The position numbers and the translations under genes are program-made. DNA of 24,000 nucleotides, taken from the NCBI GenBank assembly GCA_964353335.1, contig CAYGVI010000003.1:99308-123307 (forward strand). Reading direction: 5' to 3'. Below are positions 6,182 through 14,100 of this stretch, in pieces. Every line of letters starts with the position of its first letter. Positions within the stretch are counted from its first letter, which is position 1. The notes under the pieces were generated by a model, which had not been told where the DNA came from, ran no database searches, and saw nothing but the letters and a program-made list of their open reading frames with translations. The DNA comes from an uncultured Methanosarcinales archaeon (GTDB lineage Archaea; Nanobdellota; Nanobdellia; Woesearchaeales; ARS49).

Positions 6182-7048
6182 TCAGTAAATCGGCTTGTAG
6201 AATGCCTCATTCGGCGAAATCTGGTCCCTTGAACGGTGGATGACATCCTCTGGCCTGACGCGGTTTATCACAAGGTTGTCGAAAGCATACATCTCAAGCG
6301 GGCCCTTTACAACGCGTATCGGAAGTCCTGCATCAGGGAAGAAGAACATCTCAATTCCGTCCTTAAACACAACGCGCGTTGTTTCCACGCTGTTCAGGAA
6401 ATATTTCCCGTGCTCCTCGTCTCCGACAGCAAGGCGCAGGTATTCTGCCAGCCAGTCATCAGGCATCTTTATCACAAATTCATCATATGAAAGGTTGAAT
6501 GCCTTGTCCATCAGCTTCAGGCTGTCGCATTCCCTTCTGACTTCATCGCTAAACCCGAAGCAGTATCCTGTTGCTGTCTTGTCAGTGCGGTCAAAAATAA
6601 GCTCGTCAACAAAAATCTCAGAATACTTGACTTCAGAAAGGACAATATTGCGCTTGTTAATCGCGGTTCTTGGCAGATATCTGATTTTGTCGCCGCGCAC
6701 ATAGAACGTGCCCTTTGAAGTCTTGAACTGGTAAGAGTCAATTGTTTTGTAAGTATTCATCATGTCGCCGACAACTGTTGTCTTGTTTCGCTGTGGAAGC
6801 GGCTCTGGATGCGTAATTGCCTCAACAATCCTCTCTTCTTCTGCCTTGATTACCTTCTCTTTTACACCGTCATCAAACGCCTGCTGTCTTTCAACCTGCA
6901 CCTGCCCCCTGTCAACAACAACCTGCTCAGAAGGTGCTGCAACAACAGGCTCTGTAACTGTCTCATTTGGCACTGCCGGCGCCTGCTCCTTGGGCGCGCC
7001 GCAGGCTACAAGCATCAAAAGAACAAACAATGCAAGCAGTTTCCTCAT
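6182..7048 (-). CDS. Secreted lipoprotein (paralogue B) with an acidic Pro/Val/Glu linker and a conserved C-terminal domain
   Basis: The track start 7054 is TTG. ATG 7048 gives MRKLLALFVLLMLVAC (lipobox LVAC). A TATA (rc taatataata, 7071-7080) is centred 27.5 nt upstream of 7048. The C-terminal domain is alignable with the upstream gene's product. Confidence 0.75.
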   Translation of the reverse strand: MRKLLALFVLLMLVACGAPKEQAPAVPNETVTEPVVAAPSEQVVVDRGQVQVERQQAFDDGVKEKVIKAEEERIVEAITHPEPLPQRNKTTVVGDMMNTYKTIDSYQFKTSKGTFYVRGDKIRYLPRTAINKRNIVLSEVKYSEIFVDELIFDRTDKTATGYCFGFSDEVRRECDSLKLMDKAFNLSYDEFVIKMPDDWLAEYLRLAVGDEEHGKYFLNSVETTRVVFKDGIEMFFFPDAGLPIRVVKGPLEMYAFDNLVINRVRPEDVIHRSRDQISPNEAFYKPIY

Positions 7049-7083
7049 ATACAATCAACACTCTCTCTCCTATTATATTAATT

Positions 7084-7887
7084 TTACTCAGGAACCATCT
7101 TCTGGCCGAATCCAAGCGAGTTCTTTGACAGGCGCTCGTACTTGTACTCAATGCCGTTGTCAACAACTGCGAGAGGCAGGCCAATGGTTGGGTCAATGTA
7201 AACATCAACAATTCTGGTCTGGCTCTGGTGCTTCAAATGCACTGTATCGCGGTCAGATACGAGCTTGGGGGCGTCAGCAACAGTCATGTAAAGGTTCTGG
7301 TAATCAACAAGCCAGTCTTCTGGCAGCTGAATCTTGACCTGAACATATGGCATTGCAAACTTCGTGCCAAGCGCGTTCTGCTGTAAACACTGCCTCTTTA
7401 TGTTGTCATCGCGGCCCTCGCACACTCCGACTGCAGTGCGGTTCTCAAGGTCAAGGTAAATCGTGTCAATGAAAGGCGCGTGGTACATGTTCTCCAGGAC
7501 CCTGAAGGGTATTATCTTTGCCCTCTTTCCCTCAACAAACCACTGGTCTCCCTTGTAATTGAACTTGTAATTCTTTGCCTCCTTCCTGAAAATCACCTGA
7601 TACTTGGTGATGCTTGGAGGCGCTTCTGGCTGCCTCTCAAAGAATGATTTTTCTGACTCATTTTCCTCAACAGACGGCACAACAGGAGGCTGAGCAACAG
7701 CAGGAGCTGTCACTTTTTCCTCAGGAGGATGCTCAACAACAATATTAGGATTTGCAGCAGGCTGGGGCGCCGGAACAGCAGGCGCAGCCGGCTCAGAAGG
7801 CGTGACAGGCACGTCCTCAATAACAACCGGCTTGCAAGCCACAAGAACAATAACCGCCAATATTGCTATAATTAGTCCCCAACGCAT
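7084..7887 (-). CDS. Secreted lipoprotein (paralogue A) with a Pro/Ala/Val-rich linker
   Basis: The internal ATG 7887 gives MRWGLIIAILAVIVLVAC (lipobox LVAC). The longer track ORF (to 7947) would overlap the Nudix gene and cross the shared TATA box. It shares motifs with 6182..7048: D(R/L)..(K/R)TA.G.C.G..D...R.C and (MP/LP)(D/E)DWL..Y and P..GLP..VV. Confidence 0.75.
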   Translation of the reverse strand: MRWGLIIAILAVIVLVACKPVVIEDVPVTPSEPAAPAVPAPQPAANPNIVVEHPPEEKVTAPAVAQPPVVPSVEENESEKSFFERQPEAPPSITKYQVIFRKEAKNYKFNYKGDQWFVEGKRAKIIPFRVLENMYHAPFIDTIYLDLENRTAVGVCEGRDDNIKRQCLQQNALGTKFAMPYVQVKIQLPEDWLVDYQNLYMTVADAPKLVSDRDTVHLKHQSQTRIVDVYIDPTIGLPLAVVDNGIEYKYERLSKNSLGFGQKMVPE

Positions 7888-7908
7888 GCGTTTTGGCAGT
7901 AAGGCAGG

Positions 7909-7918
7909 ATTTATAAAT
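7909..7918. promoter_or_regulatory. Palindromic TATA box (ATTTATAAAT) serving divergent leaderless genes
   Basis: The centre at 7913.5 is exactly 26.5 nt from ATG 7887 (minus strand) and 26.5 nt from ATG 7940 (plus strand). Confidence 0.6.
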
Positions 7919-7939
7919 CTACGCATCTCCTCGCACGCC

Positions 7940-8374
7940 ATGCCCAAGGAGGAGAAAAGCGCAGGAGTTGTAATATTCAGGCGCGAGGGAAAGGAAATCC
8001 TCTACCTGCTTTTGTTCAAGAAGTACAAGACAGAATACTGGGACCTTGCAAAAGGCCACATTGAGAAGGGCGAGGCCCCTGTTGAGACAGCAAAAAGGGA
8101 GGCAATGGAAGAGACAGGCATCACAACCCTCAAATTCATTTCCGGCTTTGAGGAAAAACTCAGCTGGCTGTACAAACTCGAAGGAAAGCTTATCAGCAAG
8201 ACAGTGACTTATTACCTTGCTGAAACGCAGGCAAAAGAGGCAAAAATCTCATCAGAACACCTGAAATCAGGCTGGTTCACGCTTGAAGAAGCAGAAAAGG
8301 TATTAAAGCACAAAGATGCAAAGGAGCTTTTGAGGAAAGCGCAGAAATTCCTTGACAAAGATGAAAAACTCTGA
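7940..8374 (+). CDS. Nudix hydrolase
   Basis: The internal ATG 7940 of track ORF 7802..8374 gives MPKEEKSAGVVIF... The Nudix box GHIEKGEAPVETAKREAMEETGI matches Gx5Ex7REUxEExGU (about 8054-8122). Confidence 0.9.
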   Translation: MPKEEKSAGVVIFRREGKEILYLLLFKKYKTEYWDLAKGHIEKGEAPVETAKREAMEETGITTLKFISGFEEKLSWLYKLEGKLISKTVTYYLAETQAKEAKISSEHLKSGWFTLEEAEKVLKHKDAKELLRKAQKFLDKDEKL

Positions 8375-10076
8375 AATCGCTGACATTTTCTTTGAAATGG
8401 CTGACCTGCTGGACATGCAGGGAGTGCAGTGGAAGCCCCGCGCTTACAGGAACGCGGCAAGGGCAGTTGATTCTAGCGGCGATATTGAGATAATCCTGAA
8501 AAAAGGCGGAAAAAAAGCCCTGATGGAAATCCAGGGAGTGGGCGAAGCATTGGCTGACAAGATAATAGAGTATGTTCAGACAGGAAAAATAAAGGAATAC
8601 GAGCGCCTGACAGGAAAACTGCCAGAAGGAGTGCACGCAATGATGCACATAATGGGCGTTGGTCCGAAAAAAGCCTGGCGCCTGTACAAGGAGCTCGGCA
8701 TCAAGGGCGTTGACCAGCTTGAAAAGGCGTGCAAAAAAGGAAAACTAAGAACTCACAAGGGCTTTGGCGCGAAAACAGAGGAAGACATACTCAAAGGCAT
8801 AGCAACACTGAGAACAGGTCAGGAAAGAATCCTCCTCGGAAGGGCATGGGTTATCAGCCAGGAAATAATTAACCGCCTAAAAAAGCTGAAGCAAATCAGT
8901 GCAATAGAACCAGCTGGCTCATTAAGGAGAATGCAGGAAACAATCGGAGACATAGACATCCTTGTTATCTCGTCAAATCCTGAAATCGTAATGAACACAT
9001 TCACCACAATGCCAGATGTTGTCCGCGTGCTTGCAAAAGGGCAGACAAAGAGCTCTGTCCAGTTGAAAGAGGGCGTTAGCGCAGATGTCCGCGTGCTTGA
9101 GCCAAAGAGCTTTGGAGCTGCACTGCAATACTTTACAGGAAACAAGGAGCATAATATTGCTGTGCGCCAGATTGCAATAAAGAAAGGCTTGAAGCTCAGC
9201 GAGTATGGCTTGTTCAGGAAAAACAAGCAGATAGCAGGAAAAACAGAGGAAGAAGTTTACAAAAAGCTCGGCCTTGAATGGATTCCTCCTGAATTAAGGC
9301 AGAATGCAGGCGAAATAGAAGCTGCAAAAAACAAAAGCCTTCCCAAGCTTGTCAGCTATGACTCAATCAGGGGAGATTTGCACATGCATACAGGTTATAG
9401 CGACGGTGTAAACACCCCTGAGGAAATGATTCAGGCAGCGATAAAGATGGGCTATGAGTACGTTGCAATCACAGACCACAGCAAAAGCGAGCACATTGCC
9501 CACGGAATGGAGGAAAAGCGGCTCGCAAAGTACATCGCGGAAATAAACAAGCTGAAAAACAAGTATGCAGATAAAATTGCAGTGCTTTGCGGCTCAGAAG
9601 TCAACATTATGAATGACGGCTCGCTTGATTATGCCAAAAAAATCCTCAACCAGCTTGACTGGGTTGTGGGCTCAGTGCATTCAGGATTCAAAACACCAAA
9701 AGATGTTATGACCAAGCGCATCATCACTGCGATTGAAAGCGGAAACATGAATGTGCTTGCCCATCCGACAGGCAGGCTAATAGGCATAAGAAACCCCTAT
9801 GAAGTCGACATCAATAAGGTAATCAAAACTGCCAAGGAAAACAATGTTGCCTTGGAAATAAACGCATTCCCAGCAAGGCTTGACCTGAAAGACACGCACA
9901 TAAGAATGGCTGTTGAGGCAGGCGCAAAGCTCTGCATTGGCACTGATTCGCACAACACAAACCATCTTCCCCTGATGAAGTTCGGCATTGCACAGGCAAG
10001 GCGGGGCTGGGCAGGGGAAAAAGACATAATTAACACTTTGCCGTGGAAGAAGTTAGAAAAGTATATAAGGCGATAA
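8361..10076 (+). CDS. polX: Family X DNA polymerase with a C-terminal PHP phosphoesterase domain
   Basis: The N-terminal part is helix-hairpin-helix-like (IQGVGEALADKI, IMGVGPKKAWRLY). The Pol-beta nucleotidyltransferase motif is GSLRRMQETIGDIDILV. PHP motifs are HMHTGYSDG, ITDHS and GTDSH. ATG 8361 is preferred over the TTG at 8352. It overlaps the Nudix gene by 14 nt. Confidence 0.9.
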   Translation: MKNSEIADIFFEMADLLDMQGVQWKPRAYRNAARAVDSSGDIEIILKKGGKKALMEIQGVGEALADKIIEYVQTGKIKEYERLTGKLPEGVHAMMHIMGVGPKKAWRLYKELGIKGVDQLEKACKKGKLRTHKGFGAKTEEDILKGIATLRTGQERILLGRAWVISQEIINRLKKLKQISAIEPAGSLRRMQETIGDIDILVISSNPEIVMNTFTTMPDVVRVLAKGQTKSSVQLKEGVSADVRVLEPKSFGAALQYFTGNKEHNIAVRQIAIKKGLKLSEYGLFRKNKQIAGKTEEEVYKKLGLEWIPPELRQNAGEIEAAKNKSLPKLVSYDSIRGDLHMHTGYSDGVNTPEEMIQAAIKMGYEYVAITDHSKSEHIAHGMEEKRLAKYIAEINKLKNKYADKIAVLCGSEVNIMNDGSLDYAKKILNQLDWVVGSVHSGFKTPKDVMTKRIITAIESGNMNVLAHPTGRLIGIRNPYEVDINKVIKTAKENNVALEINAFPARLDLKDTHIRMAVEAGAKLCIGTDSHNTNHLPLMKFGIAQARRGWAGEKDIINTLPWKKLEKYIRR

Positions 10077-10092
10077 ACAAAGAGGATAAAAA

Positions 10093-10365
10093 ATGACCTT
10101 CAAAGAAGTTCTAAAGCAAAAAGTGCCTGCGCATTTGCAGCAGACTCCTGAATTCCCGATAATCATGAAAATGATTCAGGGCGAAAAAATAACAGGCGCT
10201 GAAAGCCTGAGGCACTGGCTTAATGTCGAGATGCAAAAGTGCAAAAACGACCTCAAGGAGTTTGACCAGGCAGGCTCAACAATGAACCGCAAGCGCGTGC
10301 GCTGCGCAGACAAAATGCAGCTCCTTAACCTCGTCCAGGACAAGATTTTACCTTACGTGAAATAA
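10093..10365 (+). CDS. Hypothetical small protein (90 aa)
   Basis: ATG preceded by GAGGAT 7 nt upstream. The stop overlaps the next ATG (TAATG at 10363-10367), which suggests operon membership. No motif recognised. Confidence 0.55.
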   Translation: MTFKEVLKQKVPAHLQQTPEFPIIMKMIQGEKITGAESLRHWLNVEMQKCKNDLKEFDQAGSTMNRKRVRCADKMQLLNLVQDKILPYVK

Positions 10366-10706
10366 TGATTAAGAACATCACCAAAGACAAAATTCTCGCG
10401 CAAAACTGCAATATTTGCAGGAATTTTCTCACAAGAGGGCTTGGATTGATGTTCAGGAAGAAAATGACACCGACAGTCCTTGCCTTCAGAAAGCAAAACA
10501 CAGCTGCAATCCACACTTATTTTGTAAAACACTACCTTGACATCCTCTTCCTGAATGACCAGTGGGAAGTCATAGACCTCATAGAAGGCCTGCAGCCAAA
10601 GAACTTCTACACCCCAAAGCATAAGGCGATGTTTGTCGTCGAGCTGCCAGAAGGCGCAATAGCAAAATCAAAGACTTCAGTAGGCGATGTGATAAACTTT
10701 AAATAG
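10365..10706 (+). CDS. DUF192 family protein
   Basis: 113 aa. GLMFRKK...IHTYFVKHYLDILFLNDQWEVIDL...P.....AMFVVELPEG...VGDVI follows the pattern I recall for DUF192 (GLM.r....gMlF....MknT.ipLDi.f.d..g.V..i..l.P......yvlE...G). Confidence 0.7.
   Translation: MIKNITKDKILAQNCNICRNFLTRGLGLMFRKKMTPTVLAFRKQNTAAIHTYFVKHYLDILFLNDQWEVIDLIEGLQPKNFYTPKHKAMFVVELPEGAIAKSKTSVGDVINFK
10698..10705 (+). promoter_or_regulatory. TATA box (TTTAAATA) for the tRNA-Trp gene, embedded in the last codons of the DUF192 gene
   Basis: Centre 10701.5, which is 30.5 nt upstream of the mature tRNA 5' end at 10732. Confidence 0.5.
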
Positions 10707-10731
10707 GGCACAAGAAGTTATTCTCAATAAC

Positions 10732-10806
10732 GGGAGTGTAGTATAACTTGGCTTAGTATAGGGGCCTCCAGAGCCTCGGATCGGGGTTCAAATCCCTGCA
10801 CTCCCA
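10732..10806 (+). tRNA. tRNA-Trp (anticodon CCA), intron-less, 3' CCA not encoded
   Basis: Hand-folded cloverleaf. Acceptor GGGAGTG pairs with CACTCCC (7 Watson-Crick pairs). D stem GTAT/GTAT has 2 WC and 2 GU pairs, with D loop AACTTGGCTTA. Anticodon stem GGGGC/GCCTC has loop CTCCAGA (CCA at 10768-10770). The variable loop is 4 nt. T stem CGGGG/CCCTG has loop TTCAAAT. The discriminator is A. Confidence 0.9.
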
Positions 10807-10807
10807 C

Positions 10808-11464
10808 TTATTTTTTAATGACTTCTGTTAAGCACCCATTCAAGTTTTTTACAATCTGTGCCAGATGACGTTTCTTTTTAGGATGCTTAAAACCGATAAA
10901 TTGGGCGTAATTAGCAATGGAATCCCTATAAATGGTAAGATGATACGAAAAGAATTGCCTGCATTTGTAAGGCCCGCGTAGGTTCGAGTTAATCCCGAAT
11001 TCACCCAATACCTTTTGAACCTGTTTAAGCCCTTTTTCATTGACCATATTGAGCACAATCCTTTTTTGCGGCACAGAAACATGCGCTTCATCGTCGAAAA
11101 AAGCCTGAAGCCACGCAGTTCTTACTTCACTGCTTGCAGAAATGACTTCTTCTGGAATAAACCATGTGAAAGACTTTAATGCCCCTAATCTTGTAACCAT
11201 TTCATAAATCCATTTAGAAGAAACTTCGTATTCATATTTCTTCTTTGGCACCACTTTTCTGTCAAATTCTTTTTTGACGTCATCAGTAAATTGTTTAATC
11301 AAAGCAGGCTCGGTATTTACGTATCGCACATACCATCTTGTTTGGGTTTTCTTCTTTCTTGGATGTGAAATCAGCTCTTTCTCAGACCGCCTTTGCTGGT
11401 AAACACAAGAATAACCGTCACCAGCAATATGCGCCACAATCCTTGCAAGCTCAGGGCTTATCAT
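10808..11464 (-). CDS. Free-standing double-motif LAGLIDADG-family homing endonuclease-like protein
   Basis: Motif 1 is LARIVAHIAGDGYS and motif 2 is AWLQAFFDDEAHVS, both keeping acidic residues at the catalytic positions. The C-terminal half is basic. The track start 11467 is TTG. ATG 11464 lies 25.5 nt from a TATA (rc of ctttataa, 11486-11493). The stop codon is 1 nt from the tRNA 3' end. Sampled GC is about 32% against about 50% in the flanks. Confidence 0.85.
   Translation of the reverse strand: MISPELARIVAHIAGDGYSCVYQQRRSEKELISHPRKKKTQTRWYVRYVNTEPALIKQFTDDVKKEFDRKVVPKKKYEYEVSSKWIYEMVTRLGALKSFTWFIPEEVISASSEVRTAWLQAFFDDEAHVSVPQKRIVLNMVNEKGLKQVQKVLGEFGINSNLRGPYKCRQFFSYHLTIYRDSIANYAQFIGFKHPKKKRHLAQIVKNLNGCLTEVIKK
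10811..10816 (+). terminator. Oligo-T tract downstream of the tRNA (archaeal-type terminator)
   Basis: TTTTTT starts 5 nt after the tRNA 3' end. The same bases encode the C-terminal Lys-Lys of the convergent LAGLIDADG gene. Confidence 0.5.
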
Positions 11465-11560
11465 CAAATTCCAAGAAATCTCCTGCTTTATAACCCGTGC
11501 GCGACCGTGTCCAGTGACCAGTGTGTTTTATCGACGAGAAAATGTCGGAAAGTTTACGGT

Positions 11561-14032
11561 TCACTCAAGCCCGATCAGCTTCTTTGCCTGCTTTCTGAAG
11601 AATATCAATGCAAGCACGATAAGAATCAATATTGAGTATCCAAGCACTCGTCCTGCGTTTCTCTTCCACCAGGTTGGAATCCTGTCTGGCTCAACAACAA
11701 GCTCAACAGGGTTGCTCCTGACTATTCCGCCTTTGCCGTCTTCTGCTGTGAACACAACGCGCTCTGTTCCATACCAGCCGTAATGCGGTGTAAGAATTGC
11801 GTTGCTGCCTGAGAACATTACCTCAACATTGCTTGCCTGAGTCGAACTAAATGTCAAAACGTCATTGTCAGGGTCCTTGAAATACTGGCCCAAATCAAGA
11901 GTTTGCTGTGTGTCCTGCTTCCATATCTGCGCAGGGATTCCGATTGTAGGAGTCCTGTTGACCTGCACTATAATCGCGATTGAAATAAGCGCTATCAACG
12001 CAACAATGATGAATATCGTGGGCAAAACCCATCTGCCAAGCCTGCTTTCCTTCTGCGCTTTCTTGCCTGGCTTTCCGACTATTGCGAATTCGCCGAGGTT
12101 CTCTGCATCTGCAACAAAGTAAACATACTTGTCATCTGTGCTGACAGGCTCTGCGACTATGCTGTTCCACCTGTCTGTGCCAAGGTGGTAAAGCCTTACT
12201 GAGCTTGGCGCAACATTGTGCCTGAGCATCCAGGATTTCCTGACCTTGAACCTTACGCGCACATCAGAAACCATGTCTTTTTCAACATTGGCGTCAACCA
12301 CAAATGTCTGGTAGACGCAGTCTGAATATGGCGGCACAGTTGGCTTGCAGCGCTTTGCTGTCATAACCAGCTTCTCGACGACAGTGTTGAGCTTGAATGT
12401 GACTTCAGCAAGCCCTTTCTTCCACTTGGTCTCAAAGTGCAATACCTTGTTGGCAAGTGCAAGCTTCCAGCGCCTGTGCGCAAACTTGTTCCTTCTTATG
12501 CGGTGCAAAATAAGTATGATAAACAGTACAATTATTCCAGCGATGACCGTCTTAGCGCTGAGCAGCTCGCTGTAAGTCAATCCCAGTGCGATAACAGCCA
12601 AAACAATGAGCAGCAAAACAAACTTCAAAAGCCTCTTTGCAGGTATCCTGAATCCCTTTACAACTTCATCCTTTGATATGACGAGGTTTTCCCTGCGAAG
12701 CTGCTTTTCGTAGTCCTTCTGCGCCCTCTGCCTTTCTTTTTCAATTTCCTTCTGGCGCCTTTCCTCTTCCTTTGCCTCTTCCTCTTCCTCGCGCTTCTTC
12801 TGCTCTGCAAGCGCTTTCTTCTCGTCTTCGCGGGCTTTCTTCTTTGCTTCCTTCTCAATCCTGCGCTGTTCCTTCAAGCGCGCCCTTTCAGCCCTTCTTT
12901 CTGCCCTTCTTGCCTTTGACTCAGGCGAATTATAGCTCTTTATGCCCATTACGACAAGAACCAAAAGGACAATGAGCACGATTATTGCGAGGATTGTGTA
13001 AATAAGGTATTCTGCGAACAATTTGTCAGCGAAAGTCGGGTTCTTCAAAACAATGGTCAATTCCTTGGTGTATTCCTTTCCTGTTGCCTCAACTATTGCT
13101 GTAAGCACGAGCGGATAGCTTCCCTGCGGAGTTGTTTCTGTCGGCTGGATGACAAGCTTTACGTTTTCGCTGTCGCGCGCTGCAATCGTGACCTGCTCAG
13201 GCTGGACTGTGATAAATGTGGCTCCTTCAAGGCGCAAAAGGTAAGTTGTGCTCCTGTCGCCTGTGTTGACAATCTCAAGCTGTGCTTCCTGTGGCTCGAC
13301 AACAGCGCGTATCTTGTTGACGCCTGTTGCAATCTCAGGAATGTCTGAATCATTTATGTGCAAATACATCTCTATTTCTGCTGCAATTTTGCTTTTCTCA
13401 GTTGAAACGCGCAATACAGGAGTGAAGTCGCCTGACAATGTGCAGTCCTGTGAATGCACTGTGATTGTGATTTGCGCGTTTTCGCGCGGCTCAAGTGTGA
13501 GTGTTTCGTCGCTAATCGCGGTTTCCTGAGGCGAACCGATGACGTTCAATTTGTATGTCTCTGCGAAATCAGCAGGGTTTGAAAGCGTAAAGTGAAAGTC
13601 TGCAGGCTCGCAGGGCATAATTCCCTTTGAAAACACTACAGGGGTAAGCAAAAGGTTGTTTGGAGTCTGGACAATTATTTCCTGCGAGAGCATAAGCTCA
13701 AGCTCATTTGTGAGTATTGATACATCAAGCACCTCATCCTCTGCGTCGCACGGGATGCTGATAAATTCCTGCACAATCTGGCTCTGGCCAGGGTTAAGCG
13801 CGAATGATTCAGGCGAGAAAGTAACCCATTCCTTTGCATTTCCCTCTGCCACAAGCTCATAAACGCTTGGAACGTCGCCTGAGTTGGCGACAGTTATCTG
13901 CCCCTCTGCAGGGCTGCATGCGAATGTGAGAATCCTTCCTGTCCCTGCTGCTGTGAAATCCTCTGCTGCAAGAACTGAAGATATTACAAGCAGGAAAACC
14001 GCGAACCATGTCCAAACGTTTCTGCTTGTCAT
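11561..14032 (-). CDS. Large mosaic multipass cell-surface protein (823 aa)
   Basis: ATG 14032 gives MTSRNVWTWFAVFLLVISSVLAAEDF (signal peptide). Three repeats follow with the pattern ..NxGD....Y.L......(W)(V/I)T..P....L.P......V.. (CARDB/COG1470-like). Next come a TM segment, about 100 aa of KE-rich helix and a TM hairpin. A segment then matches the PGF-pre-PGF pattern (VRFKVRKSWMLRHNVAPSSVRLYHLGTDRWNSIVAEPVSTDDKYVYFVADAENLGEFAIVG). After another TM comes YFKDPDNDVLTFS...VVFTAEDGKGG (cadherin/Ig-like), then a final TM. The track start 14074 is GTG. Confidence 0.8.
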   Translation of the reverse strand: MTSRNVWTWFAVFLLVISSVLAAEDFTAAGTGRILTFACSPAEGQITVANSGDVPSVYELVAEGNAKEWVTFSPESFALNPGQSQIVQEFISIPCDAEDEVLDVSILTNELELMLSQEIIVQTPNNLLLTPVVFSKGIMPCEPADFHFTLSNPADFAETYKLNVIGSPQETAISDETLTLEPRENAQITITVHSQDCTLSGDFTPVLRVSTEKSKIAAEIEMYLHINDSDIPEIATGVNKIRAVVEPQEAQLEIVNTGDRSTTYLLRLEGATFITVQPEQVTIAARDSENVKLVIQPTETTPQGSYPLVLTAIVEATGKEYTKELTIVLKNPTFADKLFAEYLIYTILAIIVLIVLLVLVVMGIKSYNSPESKARRAERRAERARLKEQRRIEKEAKKKAREDEKKALAEQKKREEEEEAKEEERRQKEIEKERQRAQKDYEKQLRRENLVISKDEVVKGFRIPAKRLLKFVLLLIVLAVIALGLTYSELLSAKTVIAGIIVLFIILILHRIRRNKFAHRRWKLALANKVLHFETKWKKGLAEVTFKLNTVVEKLVMTAKRCKPTVPPYSDCVYQTFVVDANVEKDMVSDVRVRFKVRKSWMLRHNVAPSSVRLYHLGTDRWNSIVAEPVSTDDKYVYFVADAENLGEFAIVGKPGKKAQKESRLGRWVLPTIFIIVALIALISIAIIVQVNRTPTIGIPAQIWKQDTQQTLDLGQYFKDPDNDVLTFSSTQASNVEVMFSGSNAILTPHYGWYGTERVVFTAEDGKGGIVRSNPVELVVEPDRIPTWWKRNAGRVLGYSILILIVLALIFFRKQAKKLIGLE

Positions 14033-14100
14033 TTTGTCTGCTCCGGGTGTGCCATGTGGTTCAGCGCAGGGCACAGGAGAAAAAATGAAAACTCACAAGC

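Noticed and set aside
7802-7939. N-terminal extensions of track ORFs using the outermost start: 7802 for Nudix, 7947 for lipoprotein A, 14074 (GTG), 15381 (TTG), 7054 (TTG), 11467 (TTG), 1564 (GTG), 8352 (TTG) and 4851
   Set aside because: In each case an internal ATG is better supported. It sits at the recurrent TATA distance or behind a clear SD, or it begins a signal peptide directly. The extensions also overlap neighbouring genes or promoters.
10732-10806. Intron or split structure in tRNA-Trp (common in archaea), possibly linked to the adjacent homing endonuclease
   Set aside because: The 75-nt sequence folds into a complete uninterrupted cloverleaf with a normal 7-nt anticodon loop. 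The endonuclease gene is on the opposite strand and outside the tRNA.
11470-11575. Direct repeat of the tRNA 3' end (att-like site) marking an integrated element boundary
   Set aside because: Only GGTTCA (11558-11563) matches the T-arm sequence, the following bases do not align, and the match straddles the 3' end (stop codon) of the next CDS. No convincing repeat was found by eye, so a computed search is still needed.
12658-12975. Alternative-frame ORFs over the KE-rich region (e.g. 12658..12858 and 12772..12975), and likewise 18136..18549 and 18150..18365
   Set aside because: These are products of long polypyrimidine/polypurine low-complexity tracts that encode Lys/Glu/Ala-rich helices in the real frames. 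They lack stops by composition alone.
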